A stretch of DNA of 63,832 bases, counting the filler, from Octopus bimaculoides (lineage: Eukaryota), in the NCBI RefSeq assembly GCF_001194135.2. It is 3 parts of 2 records of this genome, joined end to end, with 100 filler letters (N's around TTAATTAATTAA, not from the genome) between each part and the next. Parts side by side here need not be neighbours in the genome. Positions count along the whole stretch, not along the records: positions 1 to 31,354 come from NC_068998.1; positions 31,455 to 41,818 come from NC_068998.1; 1 more part is not named here. The stretch is one strand, 5' to 3'. This document shows positions 25,707 to 39,219 of this stretch, piece after piece. Every line of letters starts with the position of its first letter. Position 1 is the first letter of the stretch. The translations under genes were made by a program, and so were the position numbers. Under the pieces are notes generated by a model. The model searched no databases. It had not been told where the DNA came from and saw only the letters and a program-made list of their open reading frames with translations.

Positions 25707-26167
25707 CTGAATTAAAGGCAGTAATATACATATTTTCAACAATGCTGTAAAATAACCAATCAGTTAAATGCTATTTTTTTTGTATTAAGTAAGCAATCAA
25801 GTTCTAAATTTCTCAGTCTGGTTGAACTACGATAAAGACAGTTAGAACATTCATTTAATATATATTGATCACAGATCAACTATAACAATATTTAGAAATC
25901 CAAAACGAAAACAAAAAAAAAATATTGTTTACAAAATATGAGAACTAAAGAGCAGCTCCCTAAGAAGTCAAGTATGAAACCAATGTTTGAGAGATGTGTG
26001 CCATTACAGAAAAAAAAAAAAAGACTAACTTCTAAATCAAACATTTTGCTTTCCCCCATCGAGACCAGGAAAAGGAAGTTATTCCTCAAACAAACTGAAG
26101 AGTGAAGTAAATGTCACAAACATAATGGAAAAGAAGAGTTAAGAACACAAAAAAACCCCAAAAAAAC

Positions 26168-26230
<63 letters not shown>

Positions 26231-26393
26231 TATGATGGGTTTCTTTCAGTTTCCATCTACCAAATCCACTCACAAGGCTTTGGTTGGCCCATGGCTATAG
26301 TAGAAGACACTTGGCCAAAATGCCAGGCAGTGAGACTGAACCCAGAAACATGTGGTTGGGAAGCAAGCTTCTTATCATACAACTATGCCTGTG

Positions 26394-26434
<41 letters not shown>

Positions 26435-27010
26435 ATCATCATCATCATCATCATTTAACATTCATTTTCCATGCTGGCATGGGCTGGACGGTTTGATAGG
26501 AGCTGGTCAGCTGAAGAGCTGCCCAGGCTCCATGACTGTTTCCACATGATTTTGACAGTTGGACACCCTTCCTAATGCCAACCACTTTACAGAGTGTACT
26601 GGGTGCTTTTATGCAGCACTGGTGCAGGTGCTTTTATGAGGAACCAATATGGGTGCTTTCATGTGGTATCAGTATGGGTACATTTTACATGGCACGAGTA
26701 CTCACGAGCCCACAAGATTAGGAATGCTCGGCTGAATGCACAGGGATGCAGGGGACATGCCTGTATACAAGCACAACCCTGATCTTGCTTAGCTTGACAT
26801 GTCTTCTCAAGCACTGCAAACTGCCAGGAGTCTTGGTCCCCAGTCATCCTCTCTTTGCGACCTAATGTCTAGTGTCTGAAGATCGTTTTTTCCTACTTCA
26901 TCCTACGTCTTCCAGGGTCAGCCCCTTCCACATGCTCCCTCCACAATGAGAGATTGGGACCTCTTGATGCAACTGTCTCCATTCATATGCATTACATGTC
27001 CATAAACACC
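26435..27010 (-). mobile_element. RTE LINE 3' end (ORF2 C-terminus, 3'UTR and (GAT)n tail)
   Basis: YGHVMHMNGDSCIKRSQSLIVEGACGRG*PWKT matches W.GHV.RM....VEG..GRGRP.KTW; the tail is read as ATCATCATC on the plus strand. Confidence 0.8.
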
Positions 27011-27789
27011 CCCCACACATATATACTGTATATATAAATACATAAAAACACATGCACATATATNNNNNNNNNNNNNNNNNNNNNNNNNNNNNNNNNNNNN
27101 NNNNNNNNNNNNNNNTATATATATATATATATATATATGGTGGGTGGTTGACATCTGAGAAATTGCATTTCTAGAAAGTTTACTTTGTGGAGCTACTTAA
27201 AGTAGCTAAGCATGTACTGTGAACTGAAAATAAGATGATTGTATCAGGTTTCTACTGCACTGCAAGCACATTTTGCATATTTTGACATAAATTACGTGTA
27301 ATTATTTTTCAGACATAACAGAATGCTTACTTGGGCAATCCCTTCAAATATGTTATGCAAATTTTCTAGTGCAAAGGCAGCATGCTGTAGTCCAATATGT
27401 GTTATCCTTCAAGAAACCTTTCTTTACTTGAGGAAAAAATTGTGTTCAGATAAAACTGCATTTAACGGAAATAATTTCTTTAGTTTGAAGGAAGAGAGAA
27501 GATAGCCTGAGAAAAATAGCTGTTGATTTGAAGATTTCCAAGTTTACAGTGGAATATATGTTACAATATGCCTATAACAGCAGAAGAAAGCGGAAGGAAG
27601 ACCTGAAAGGTGAATGAAGATTACTGTGTCCTGTGTACTGGCAGCCAGAGAAAAGGAATCAGTAGGGAAGGTGAAGAATAAATCTGAAAGAGATGTAAAT
27701 ATTTGAACAATTTGAAGAATGTTGAAAGAAAATGCATACACGTATAGGAAGGCAAAGAGGTAAATTCATTTAAGCAAAAAATATATGGA

Positions 27790-28395
27790 AAGGTTAAATT
27801 AAACAAAATTATGATTAACTACTGTTGATTTTACCAAAGTAATTTTTACTGACAAGAATCGATTTAAGTTTGATGGACCTGACAGTGGGTGCTCTTGGTG
27901 ATACTGAACAAAAGACAGGTGGGTGAAGATGGCGTGATGGTATGGGGCATGGTCTTTCAAAGTTGATATTTTTGGTTAGGGTGACTGATAAGAAGGCAGA
28001 ACAGCATGAGTTACAGCCAGCTGTTGCAAATGAGAGCCTTGCTCTGTATTAGAGAATAAGTGGGAAATAATTTTGTCCTCCAACAGGATATTTGCAGCAT
28101 TCATGTGTCAAAAGCAATGAAGGAATGAATGCAAGACATGAAAATAAGTCTACTGGAATGGCTGGTGAGATGTCCAAACTTGAACTTAATTGAAGATATA
28201 TGGGAAATGTTGGCACAGCTTGAGTATGATGGACCAAAAATGACAAGTGAGGTAGAGTTATGGAAGTGGATTTTAGGAGCCGAAAGAAGACTGGTAGAAA
28301 CAAGAGGAGATGTTATAATGAACATGTTTGTCCAATACAATGAACAAACAGTGCAAGTGATCAAAAAGAAAGGCAACTGTGTGGACTACTGAAGC
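27790..28395 (+). mobile_element. Tc1/Tc3-like DD34E transposase pseudogene
   Basis: VIFTDKNRFKFDGPD, GVMVWG, LQQDICSIH, WLVRCPNLNLIEDIWEML, VIKKKGNCVDY*. Confidence 0.85.
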
Positions 28396-28686
28396 TGAGT
28401 AGTACTGTCCAAAAATTATTGTTGCTTGATTTTGATAAAATTCTCATAAAATATTACTTAAATTGTTACATAAACATTCAGGGAGTGCGATCACAACAGG
28501 AATATTATGGACATATTTGCATAATATTTGAAAAGTTTGTTGATCACAAAGTTTCAGGTGTCTGAAAAATATGTGTCAGTATGTGTGTACAGTCATTGCC
28601 CATGTTTCGCTGCCATGTACCATAGTTGTCTGCATGCAGGCATCATACAATCTGCCTTACACTCTGATGGGAAGGCCCTTGTTACC

Positions 28687-28718
<32 letters not shown>

Positions 28719-29404
28719 AATATGCATGCATGCATACACACACACATATTTATATTTATGCATTATTTTTATATATAAGTGTGTGTATATATATATGTGT
28801 GTGTGTACATATATATATATTTGAAGAAGAGTTCGTAATGTGTAAATTCTTTCGCTGTTTACAGCTTTACAAACACATATTAAGAAGTAATTTTTATGGA
28901 GGAAATTGTTCACAGTTGAAATTGCTTGAAGATTTTCATTATTTCCAGTTTCGTCCCATATAAAGAATCCTTATTTGCTTTTCATGGTTTGATTATTTAC
29001 TTTCATTATTTTTTGTTGCTTTGAAAACCAGAATATTCTGAATTTTCAATTTGCACTATTGTCTAGATGGTCCTCTATATAGAACTTCATGGATTTGTTA
29101 CTTATGCACCTTAGTACAATGTATTCATTTTGGTCCTGTTTGTCAGAGTTGATTCTCATTGCACTGTGGGCAAGTGATGCAGTAAATGATATATATTTTT
29201 TGTTTTGTCCTATTTGTATAGTTTAAATGCTTACTAAAAATTTTTCTAAAAGATTTGTGTCATTCTGGTTTTTTAAGTTTTCCTTTATATAATTAATAAT
29301 TTTTAAATTAAGGAAACCTTTCTTTGAACTGTATCAAGAATTCTTCCAAAATTGTTGTTAAATATAAGACCTTTATTTGCCACTATCCAGTTATCTATTT
29401 ATAG

Positions 29405-29860
29405 CTGTATATGACTATGGTACATCCACACTTAGGGTTTGCACCACCAGTCTGGAACACCTATCTTGCTGGAAAAATCACTCTCCCGGAAACTGTATAG
29501 AAGCATGCAACCAGATGAACACTTACTGTCAGGCATCTACCATACTCTGAATGTCTTGCTTCCCTGAGCATGGACACAATAAAACTCCAATGTCTGGCAA
29601 CTGACTTGGCAGACATTCACAAGATTATCTATCATCTTTCCAACAACAAATTTGGGCACCTTTTTGAATTCCATATGTCTAATACTCATGGACACGCATA
29701 CAAAATCAAAAAGACCCCAGTTCCCATGACTTTTGGAAAAATTTTTTCACATTCAGAATTGCTGAAACATGGAATAAACTACCTGAATTAGTTATTAGGT
29801 GTTGAGATGCTCCATCCTTCAAAACTTCCATGCTTCCTGAAATTCACCAACTCCTGTTGC
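29405..29860 (+). mobile_element. CR1/L2-clade LINE 3' end
   Basis: TMVHPHLGFAPPVWNTYL..ITLPETV*KHATR...LPYSECLASLSMDTIKLQCLATDLADIHKII...HGHAYKIKK. Confidence 0.8.
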
Positions 29861-30073
29861 TTCCCTACTCCCAGTTCTTCTCTTTTTTTTTTTCATTAAC
29901 ACTTTTTCACTGTTCACTTTCTGTGCATATTTTATGTACTTTTCATGCAGTTTTGATTACTTTTTCTGATGAGTTGTAGTGCACCTGAGCACTGTATACA
30001 ATAAGTTCATTATTATTATGTTATAAATATATAAATATGCATGTATATGTGTGTACGAGTGTGTGTGTGCATG

Positions 30074-30157
<84 letters not shown>

Positions 30158-31398
30158 TATGCACAAGCAGTAGCATGCATGTTCATTCATATGTTCTGGT
30201 TCTAGCAGATTTGAACATGAATGTGTGTTCATAACACACTTGATTCAATAATATAAAGGGATTTTAAGACACTCAGCACTTCGGCATCAGTGTGTCTCCT
30301 CAGCCAAAACTATATTGAACTAATAACTCTAACAAGCGTTTGTGGCACTAGTTTAAAAATTCTACATACAAATTATTTGATGATGCATTCTGACATCTGC
30401 CTAATGATAATAAATCATCATGGTGAACAGCAAGAATCAGATCGTGATATACATATTCATTCTTAATTCATGCTTGAATCTGCTGGAACATATTAAGAAT
30501 GAATAATGAATATGTATGCCATCTTTCTAATTCTCACTGTTCTTCATGCATATGACAATTTACATATGTACATACATATGTGCATACATATATACATACA
30601 TGCATACATACATATATACATATACATACATATACATACATATATATATATATAAAGGGTAAAGACAGTAACAACTTCCTTCAGTCATGAATGACCATGA
30701 GATTGCACCTGGAAAGTTCCTCTCCAAGGCACAAGACCAGGAGTCAGCCATGCATACCAGTCTCCCCACTCCACACTACCAATGTTGCCCAAGGGACACC
30801 TATATACCATTACCTTGCTAGTATCTTCTGAGGCATGTTCTTCTATGTAGACACAGCTAATTTATAGTCACAATAAAATAGATGCAGGAAAAAGTATTTG
30901 ACATTAATTAATTTATCACCAGCAGCAAGAACTTAACTGTCAATTCCCAATGGTTTTAATTCTAATGGTGTGTAGAATACTCCGTGTACTGGATCTTTTG
31001 ATTGTAATATGGATAAAGATGGGTATAGCTATATCACCATTACTCATTCATGACCCCCATTGTTGTTTTCTTCTGCCACTCTAAATTATAGTTGGCTTTA
31101 AGTATTTTCTCCCTAAGTTCATTCTGCTACAATAGTAGCAATAAACAATGTGATTTTACTGAATGTAATTTACTGAAAAATTACAATGGAGTATCCTGTA
31201 TGTTGAAAACTTATATGGTCTTATGCTTCTGAGGAGAGTGGTTTATTTCAAATTTCAAATTGATGTGATGCTTGCATTGATCGATTAAATGGAGCTGCTT
31301 GAAATGGGTGTAATGCACTAATGCCTGGACATGCTTGTTACTTATTTGCTATATNNNNNNNNNNNNNNNNNNNNNNNNNNNNNNNNNNNNNNNNNNNN

Positions 31399-31410
31399 TT
31401 AATTAATTAA
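31399..31410. other. Artificial scaffold linker TTAATTAATTAA between N-runs (second copy ~41862-41873)
   Basis: The same 12-mer is embedded between ~45-50 Ns on each side at two places. Confidence 0.85.
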
Positions 31411-32462
31411 NNNNNNNNNNNNNNNNNNNNNNNNNNNNNNNNNNNNNNNNNNNNAATTCCATTTCTGAAGAAAAAAAATAATATATTCACTACTTTAAAA
31501 TTTAATGAACTAGATTTCTCATTTGCATATTTGCAACGAATATGTTATTACTTTTCTAAAGTTTGAACTCATTATTATATTCTGAACTACGTAAAGTTTC
31601 CTCTTTTCATCCTTCTGGATTCGATAAAATAAAGCAAAAGTTAAGTGCCGTTCTTGAGCCAAAATTAGAAAGAATTATTTTTTTGAAATTTTATTAATAT
31701 AATCGCAGTCTACTACATCGAAAAACCAATCTCTTCAAAATTTCATTCCAAAACTGTTTATTTTTCGATAAATTATAAGACACTGTTCCTGCGCCCCTTT
31801 TCTTAACTCTCAGGATTTCTCGTTTATCCTCTCTCCGCTCCCTCCAAAACGTGGCAGGACCAATCAATCAATCAACCAAGACCCCCAACCAACATTTATA
31901 TCAGCTATTATAAGATTTAAATAGATATGTTTACGTCCTGTTTGACTTAGTTAACAGAGCGTTTCCTCGTGTACAATGTTTCCGGTTGTCATTTTCCAAT
32001 CTGATGAGAATAGACTTGTACCAACCAAGATTTATCCGTCCGTCCGTCCTCGTGCTTGAAGTTGAAGGAAGACCGTAAAGAATTTGGTCACACTCTAATT
32101 CTTGTCTCTCTCTAAACCATTCCTTCTATTTCCAGATAGATTGTGGAGCCATTGCTTTATAGCAATAAACTATCGGCAATTCATAAAAGGCTTGCACAGT
32201 TCATTTCTCTTGTTATATCATAAAACTCCATTATGTCTCTTTGTTGTAGCATATTTTCATGGCAGTCATTACTGTGATATCGGTAGAAACGTATAACCTT
32301 TAACTAATAAATATTTTATTTCTCTACTTTCAGTTCCACTTCATTTATTTTATTTATTTATTTTTTATTTATTATTTTTTTTATTTATTTATGGTATGGA
32401 AACTTTTATGACACAAAACTTTTTTGATCGCATAAAACTTTTGCAGCGCCACGCATGTTTAT

Positions 32463-32514
<52 letters not shown>

Positions 32515-32791
32515 NNNNNNNNNNNNNNNNNNNNNNNNNNNNNNNNNNNNNNNNNNNNNNNNNNNNNNNNNNNNNNNNNNNNNNNNNNNNNNNNNNNNNN
32601 NNNNNNNNNNNNNNNNNNNNNNNNNNNNNNNNNNNNNNNNNNNNNNNNNNNNNNNNNNNNNNNNNNNNNNNNNNNNNNNNNNNNNNNNNNNNNNNNNNNN
32701 NNNNNNNNNNNNNNNNNNNNNNNNNNNNNNNNNNNNNNNNNNNNNNNNNNNNNNNNNNNNNNNNNNNNNNNNNNNNNNNNNNNNNNNNNNN

Positions 32792-32856
<65 letters not shown>

Positions 32857-33043
32857 TACACATACAAACATACATGCCCACATGCATAAATGTGTGAGTG
32901 TGTTTATTAAAACAAAGACTGGAATATGTGGTACCATTTCAATGTGTTTATGAATATACATATTGATATCAATAATAATATAAGTTCATAATAAATATAT
33001 ACATATATGTGGAACATCTCCAATGTATAAATTCAGATTCAAA

Positions 33044-33089
<46 letters not shown>

Positions 33090-33329
33090 ATTATTATTAT
33101 ATATGTATGTTTCTGTATGTAAATGTGTACTTGTTTATATGTGTATATGTGTATGTGTGTGCGTGTGTGTTGCACAGACGTGCAAAGTGACATGGCATGT
33201 ACGGATGTTGCCACATACCCAAGACAATAAGCCACGAGCCTTCATGCAACATGTCCAATATAAGACGTAGCCACACTGTAGGCATTCTGCGGCCACAGCA
33301 ATAGCAACAATAGCAGTAACAACTTATCA

Positions 33330-33730
33330 TAAAAACTTAGATGATTTTTCTCCATGACAAACAAATTCTCCAAAAAAATTCTTTGATCGTACCAAAAACA
33401 GAAAGAAACACCAGTATATCATGCTGACGTTTCTTCTAGCATCACATTAACATTTAAATAGGGCTAACATAGAAAATATTCTAAAAGTTCTTGGCTCTAA
33501 CACAATGAAACATTTATTCTGGGTATCCGTATAAAATCTACAGCACTTTCCATGCACATTTGGAAATTAAAGAATGCTGGAATATAGAAAAATCTTACGC
33601 AGATAATTATAGATAAAACTGCAACATGCATTAACGGATCCAAGTTTTGCGAACACTGCCTGACAGAGAAACTTTACATCAACCACGCCAACTCTCTGCT
33701 TGAGTAAAATTTAACTGACCTCAGCTTGTT
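33330..33730 (+). mobile_element. Second Penelope-like GIY-YIG endonuclease remnant
   Basis: PVYHADVSS..IGLT...KSTALSMHIWKLKNAG...CINGSKFCEHCLTEKLYINHANSLL, with several stops and frameshifts. Confidence 0.75.
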
Positions 33731-34419
33731 ACAATTTGCCTATATTCCAGTCAACAAACTCGGAAGAGGATATACTTTCAGATTACAAGCTCAGATTAAC
33801 CTAGTCACACGGTTAATCAAATGACCAACCGTAACTGCAAATATGCTACAAAACAAGACACGTGATTAATCATGAAACGGAAACGCTTGTAGGCGATGAT
33901 ACGTGTCAACAACACCTGATGTAGCTAAGCGATTAGCTCTAAAATACTTCTTGCTATTATTCATCAGTATAGACTAATGTCATTGCAGTTCTCAAGAACA
34001 GGCGACTTATCACGTGACCAACCGCCTCACGAACTACACAACCAATTAAAAACCTCCCAGCAGCTTTAGCTATCCTCATCGTTGAGGAGTCTTTCCCAAC
34101 AGCCACCGACCGAAACCTCTGTATATAAAGAAACAATTCCGTTTGTCAAAAGGCAACTGTATGTGTGCGTGTATATGCATGTATGTATATGTATCCATAT
34201 TTATATCGATATATGTCGACACACACACAATATGCATATATGCAACTACATATATTTTTACACACACACACATTTACATATATGTATGCATATATATTAT
34301 ATAAATGCCTAAACTTGTGTATAAAGGCCTATATATATATATATGGTATAAGGTGGCGGCTTTTGAAAGGATAGTGTACATAATTATGCATACACATACC
34401 TATAAATATATATGTGCTT

Positions 34420-34457
<38 letters not shown>

Positions 34458-35564
34458 ACACACACATAGATACATGTATGTATGTATGTATGTATGTATG
34501 TATGTACGTGCCTCTGTATCTATCTACTTACCGGTCTTTTTTCTGTCCTCCTTTCTGTGTAATATATACGTAATATTATATTAACTATGCATGCATTTAT
34601 GAGCATACATATACGTNNNNNNNNNNNNNNNNNNNNNNNNNNNNNNNNNNNNNNNNNNNNNNNNNNNNNNNNNNNNNNNNNNNNNNNNNNNNNNNNNNNN
34701 NNNNNNNNNNNNNNNNNNNNNNNNNNNNNNNNNNNNNNNNNNNNNNNNNNNNNNNNNNNNNNNNNNNNNNNNNNNNNNNNNNNNNNNNNNNNNNNNNNNN
34801 NNNNNNNNNNNNNNNNNNNNNNNNNNNNNNNNNNNNNNNNNNNNNNNNNNNNNNNNNNNNNNNNNNNNNNNNNNNNNNNNNNNNNNNNNNNNNNNNNNNN
34901 NNNNNNNNNNNNNNNNNNNNNNNNNNNNNNNNNNNNNNNNNNNNNNNNNNNNNNNNNNNNNNNNNNNNNNNNNNNNNNNNNGTAGATAAACGCATACATG
35001 CATCCAGTACACACATCCGCACACATATGTATACTTACACACACACATGCACATATATTTATACTTTCACACACACACATATTCGTATACTTACACACAC
35101 ACACAAACACATACACACACACCCAAACGCACTCATACGCATAAACTTTGATCTCATCAAAGCTTTCATGTCATAATCTATCGTCTAAAACGACAAACTG
35201 TTTGACATTAAGCTGCTCTATGTATCACTGATTTGTGGCAAAGTAGTAAAGTATGAAAGGATGAAGAAAGAAGAGAGGAAGAAAAGCGTGAAAGTATTAA
35301 ATAAACCATTAAAAGGGAAAGATTTTATTACATTTTATCAACTGTGGTGTGCTGCAAGGTCTTGCTGTCTCCAGCACTCTTCCCTCGTCACTTCAATTTC
35401 TTAGTTGCTGTTTACCGTTATATCTAACCCTGCATGCATTTCTGTGTAGATGGCACAACTGTTCACTTCTATTTGGCGTCTCCGGTCGAAATGGAGCTTC
35501 ATCTCGTTAGTCAGTCTGTTAGAAATATCAGCTAGATCTTCCTTTAAATTACTCCTTTTTGTCG

Positions 35565-35920
35565 TATAAAAAGGGAAGGACAGATTCGATAGCGTCAATC
35601 TAGATGCAACATGGCGACTAAAATAAATGGAATGGTGGTGATAGCTGTAATGCTTTTGATCGTGTGTCTATTTGTTCAGGACTGAACAACAGCAACAACA
35701 ACAACATTTTCAAGACATCTAACACCAGTCTTCATGTGCATCACGAACTAAAACCTCGTGAACCAACTCTAATGGCAATATGACAGATATGCCTTATCAA
35801 ACGAAAACACAAAGCTAAATATATCAATGAAGATGTCTTGTACTGGTTTCCTATACATTTAAAACACTATATATATACATTTAATTCCTTCTCTCTATAT
35901 ATTTAATACCTTCAATAAAC
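35565..35920 (+). promoter_or_regulatory. Candidate core promoter plus sORF unit: TATA, Inr, Kozak ATG, AATAAA
   Basis: TATAAAAAG at 35565, TCAATC with the A at 35597, AACATGG start at 35611, stop at 35685, AATAAA at 35914. Confidence 0.3.
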
Positions 35921-36184
35921 ATTTTGTACACTCTCTTTCCATTTAGTACCTTCTCTATGCATTTAACACATTCTATAAACATTTGGCGCCCTTTATGTAT
36001 GTTATGCTTTCCATAAGCATTTACACCCTCTATATACATTTAATAAGTTCTCTGTGTATTTCACGCATTCTCTATACATTTGAATACATTTAATATCTTT
36101 TCTTTTCATAACTATTTTATTCATTAATACTCTAGCTATATATATATAATACCCTCTAATTCAATACTATATATACACAATATA

Positions 36185-36219
<35 letters not shown>

Positions 36220-36373
36220 GTAGGCGTACTGTGTCATAAGAAGCTTGTTTCCCAACCACATGCTTCCGGGCTCAATCCCACAGCGTGATATTTGGGCAAC
36301 TGTCTTCTAGTATGGCTTTGGAATGACTAAGGCCTTGTGAGTGGATTTGGTAGAGGGACACTGAAAGTAGTCA

Positions 36374-36435
<62 letters not shown>

Positions 36436-36437
<2 letters not shown>

Positions 36438-37309
36438 GGAATTGGACAAAATAATGAAAACACCTTAAAATTTCAAACAAATTTATTTTAATATGGGGTG
36501 GGATCACCTTTGGCAGTACTTACAGCTTGAATTCTACAATGTATAGATTCGTACAATGTTTGAATTGTTTCCAAACAAATATTTGCTCATTCTTCAGCTA
36601 AAATAGTCTCCAGTTCTTGTAGTGATGATGGTGAAGGGGATATCGACTCCTTACTTGTTTTTCTAAAATGCACCATAAATGTTCAATAATATTGAGATCT
36701 GGGGACTGTGGTGGCCAGATAAGATGTTCATCTTCACTAGAATGTTCCTCGTGCCATTCAGTAACAACTTTAGCTGTGTGAATTGGTGCATTATCATCCT
36801 GAAAGATTGCATTCACTCTGGAAACAGTTCCGCAACCATAGAATGAATTTGATCAGATAAAATGCTTAAATAGTCTTGACTATTAATTCTGCCATGCCCA
36901 AATCCATCAGCCCAATGGAAGCCATTGAGCCGGTGGGTTTCCAAGATATAGCCCTCCAGATCATCACAAATCCTCCTCTATGTTTAACAGTTGGAAGAAG
37001 GCAGTCTAGGTCAAATGCTTCTTTTGGCTGTTTTCACACGTATACTCGGCGGTGGTCAGAAATAAGGTAAAGGATGACTCGTTCGAGAAAATAACATTCT
37101 TCCACAGCTCTTGGAACCAATTCCGTAGGTTTTTATTCCACTCTAAACGCTTTGCAACGTTTGTTTTTTAAAGTAGTGGTTTTCTGATTGCAGCCCTCCC
37201 GTGAAATCCGGCTTTGTACAGCTTCCGGCGAGCAGTTTTTGCGGAAACTGGGTTCTTGAATCTCTTTTGTAATTTTGGGAGTTGTACTTTTGTGATCCTT
37301 TCTAACAAT
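36436..37309 (-). mobile_element. Tc1 (DD34E) transposon, 3' half with TIR, cut by N-gap
   Basis: FQDDNAPIHTAKVV..W.....HLIWPPQSPDLNIIEHLWCILE; TIR GGAATTGGACAAAATAATGAAAACACC next to (TA)n. Confidence 0.92.
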
Positions 37310-37868
37310 NNNNNNNNNNNNNNNNNNNNNNNNNNNNNNNNNNNNNNNNNNNNNNNNNNNNNNNNNNNNNNNNNNNNNNNNNNNNNNNNNNNNNNNNNNN
37401 NNNNNNNNNNNNNNNNNNNNNNNNNNNNNNNNNNNNNNNNNNNNNNNNNNNNNNNNNNNNNNNNNNNNNNNNNNNNNNNNNNNNNNNNNNNNNNNNNNNN
37501 NNNNNNNNNNNNNNNNNNNNNNNNNNNNNNNNNNNNNNNNNNNNNNNNNNNNNNNNNNNNNNNNNNNNNNNNNNNNNNNNNNNNNNNNNNNNNNNNNNNN
37601 NNNNNNNNNNNNNNNNNNNNNNNNNNNNNNNNNNNNNNNNNNNNNNNNNNNNNNNNNNNNNNNNNNNNNNNNNNNNNNNNNNNNNNNNNNNNNNNNNNNN
37701 NNNNNNNNNNNNNNNNNNNNNNNNNNNNNNNNNNNNNNNNNNNNNNNNNNNNNNNNNNNNNNNNNNNNNNNNNNNNNNNNNNNNNNNNNNNNNNNNNNNN
37801 NNNNNNNNNNNNNNNNNNNNNNNNNNNNNNNNNNNNNNNNNNNNNNNNNNNNNNNNNNNNNNNNNNNN

Positions 37869-37900
<32 letters not shown>

Positions 37901-38453
37901 TAGATAGATCTAGATATAGATATAGCATCCTCTTTATGCCTTTAATAACTTCTCTATACACTTAATACTCTCTATATACAAAGAATGAAATAGCAAAAAC
38001 GAAACGAACCCAAAGCAAAGGAAAGAAAACACCAAACTTGTATAAAAACAACAACTACCAAAGTCCAAAAGAAGTCTTCGCTAATTAAAGTAACACCTAT
38101 AATGAGAAATAAATGAGTCGTTAGGTTTATGCGTAATTGCAGCCATGAGCAAGGGATAAAACTCTGGAATTTAATATCCAGAGCTGGTAGAATCGTTAGC
38201 ACATTCAGTGAGCTGTCAGAATCGTTAGTACGCTGGGGAAAATGGTTAGCGACATTTTGTGTTCGACCTTACGTTCTAAGTCCAAATTCACCAAGGTGGA
38301 CCTTACCTTTCATTCTTTTCGGGGTGGGTAAAAAAAGTACTAGTTTAGTACAGGCGTCGATGTAATCGATTAAATCCCTCCTTTGGAGTAGCTGGCCTTG
38401 TGTCAAAATTTGAAATCAATATTATAAAATAATATCTCTATAGTTTCAATATA

Positions 38454-38933
38454 CAGTAATCCCTCAACTATTGCGGGTGTTACGTTCCCCCCAAAAAAAA
38501 AAAGAAGAAAACCGTGATAGGCGAAAATCCGTGAAGAAGAAACAGTACTGTACTGTATATATATTTTTATTAATTTTATAATTTATATATAGTTATTTTA
38601 TTATTTTTATATATTTAAGCATCTATAAACTCTCCCCACACTCTTAGGAGTTTCGTTTTCCATACAGTATGTGCGATTTTTTGTTTACTCATCTACGGTA
38701 CACTATGTGTACTGTACTGTATTTTTATTGATTGATTTGTTAATTCTTAGGCGTGAAAATGCTTATTTTACCACAGAAATAGTTAAAATATAAAAAAATA
38801 TAAATACCTATCGGCCCCAGAAACCCGCGATATAGTGAGGAGTCCGCGATATAAATTTAAATACATTAGCCAGAAAAATTCGCGATGTACTGAGGGCGCG
38901 ATAGGTGAACCGCGATATGGCGAATGATCACTG
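38454..38933. mobile_element. pogo/Tigger-like MITE
   Basis: TIRs CAGTAATCCCTCAACTATTGCGG and CCGCGATATGGCGAATGATCACTG, flanked by TA on both sides. Confidence 0.8.
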
Positions 38934-39219
38934 TATGCATTTCTTAATTCAATACGAGAGGTAGTTAATCGCCAACTTTACAATTTGGATTTCATGGGAA
39001 TTATTGACCTCGTCCTTTAATAAACCACACAAAAATAATCAGACTAAGATAAAAACGATATTTTGTTCAACAGCTATTGTATACTTTCATCACGTGATTT
39101 TAAATGTTTACATGAGTTTAACTGCAGGAGATATCGAGTACATAAACATAATCACACCAACATACACAGAAAACACAGAGACACACACATGCAAACACAG
39201 ATACACGCTGCCGCATATA

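Noticed and set aside
32001-32030. CTGATGAG motif (also CTGATGA at ~40553) as a hammerhead core
   Set aside because: No stem II followed by GAAA could be formed.
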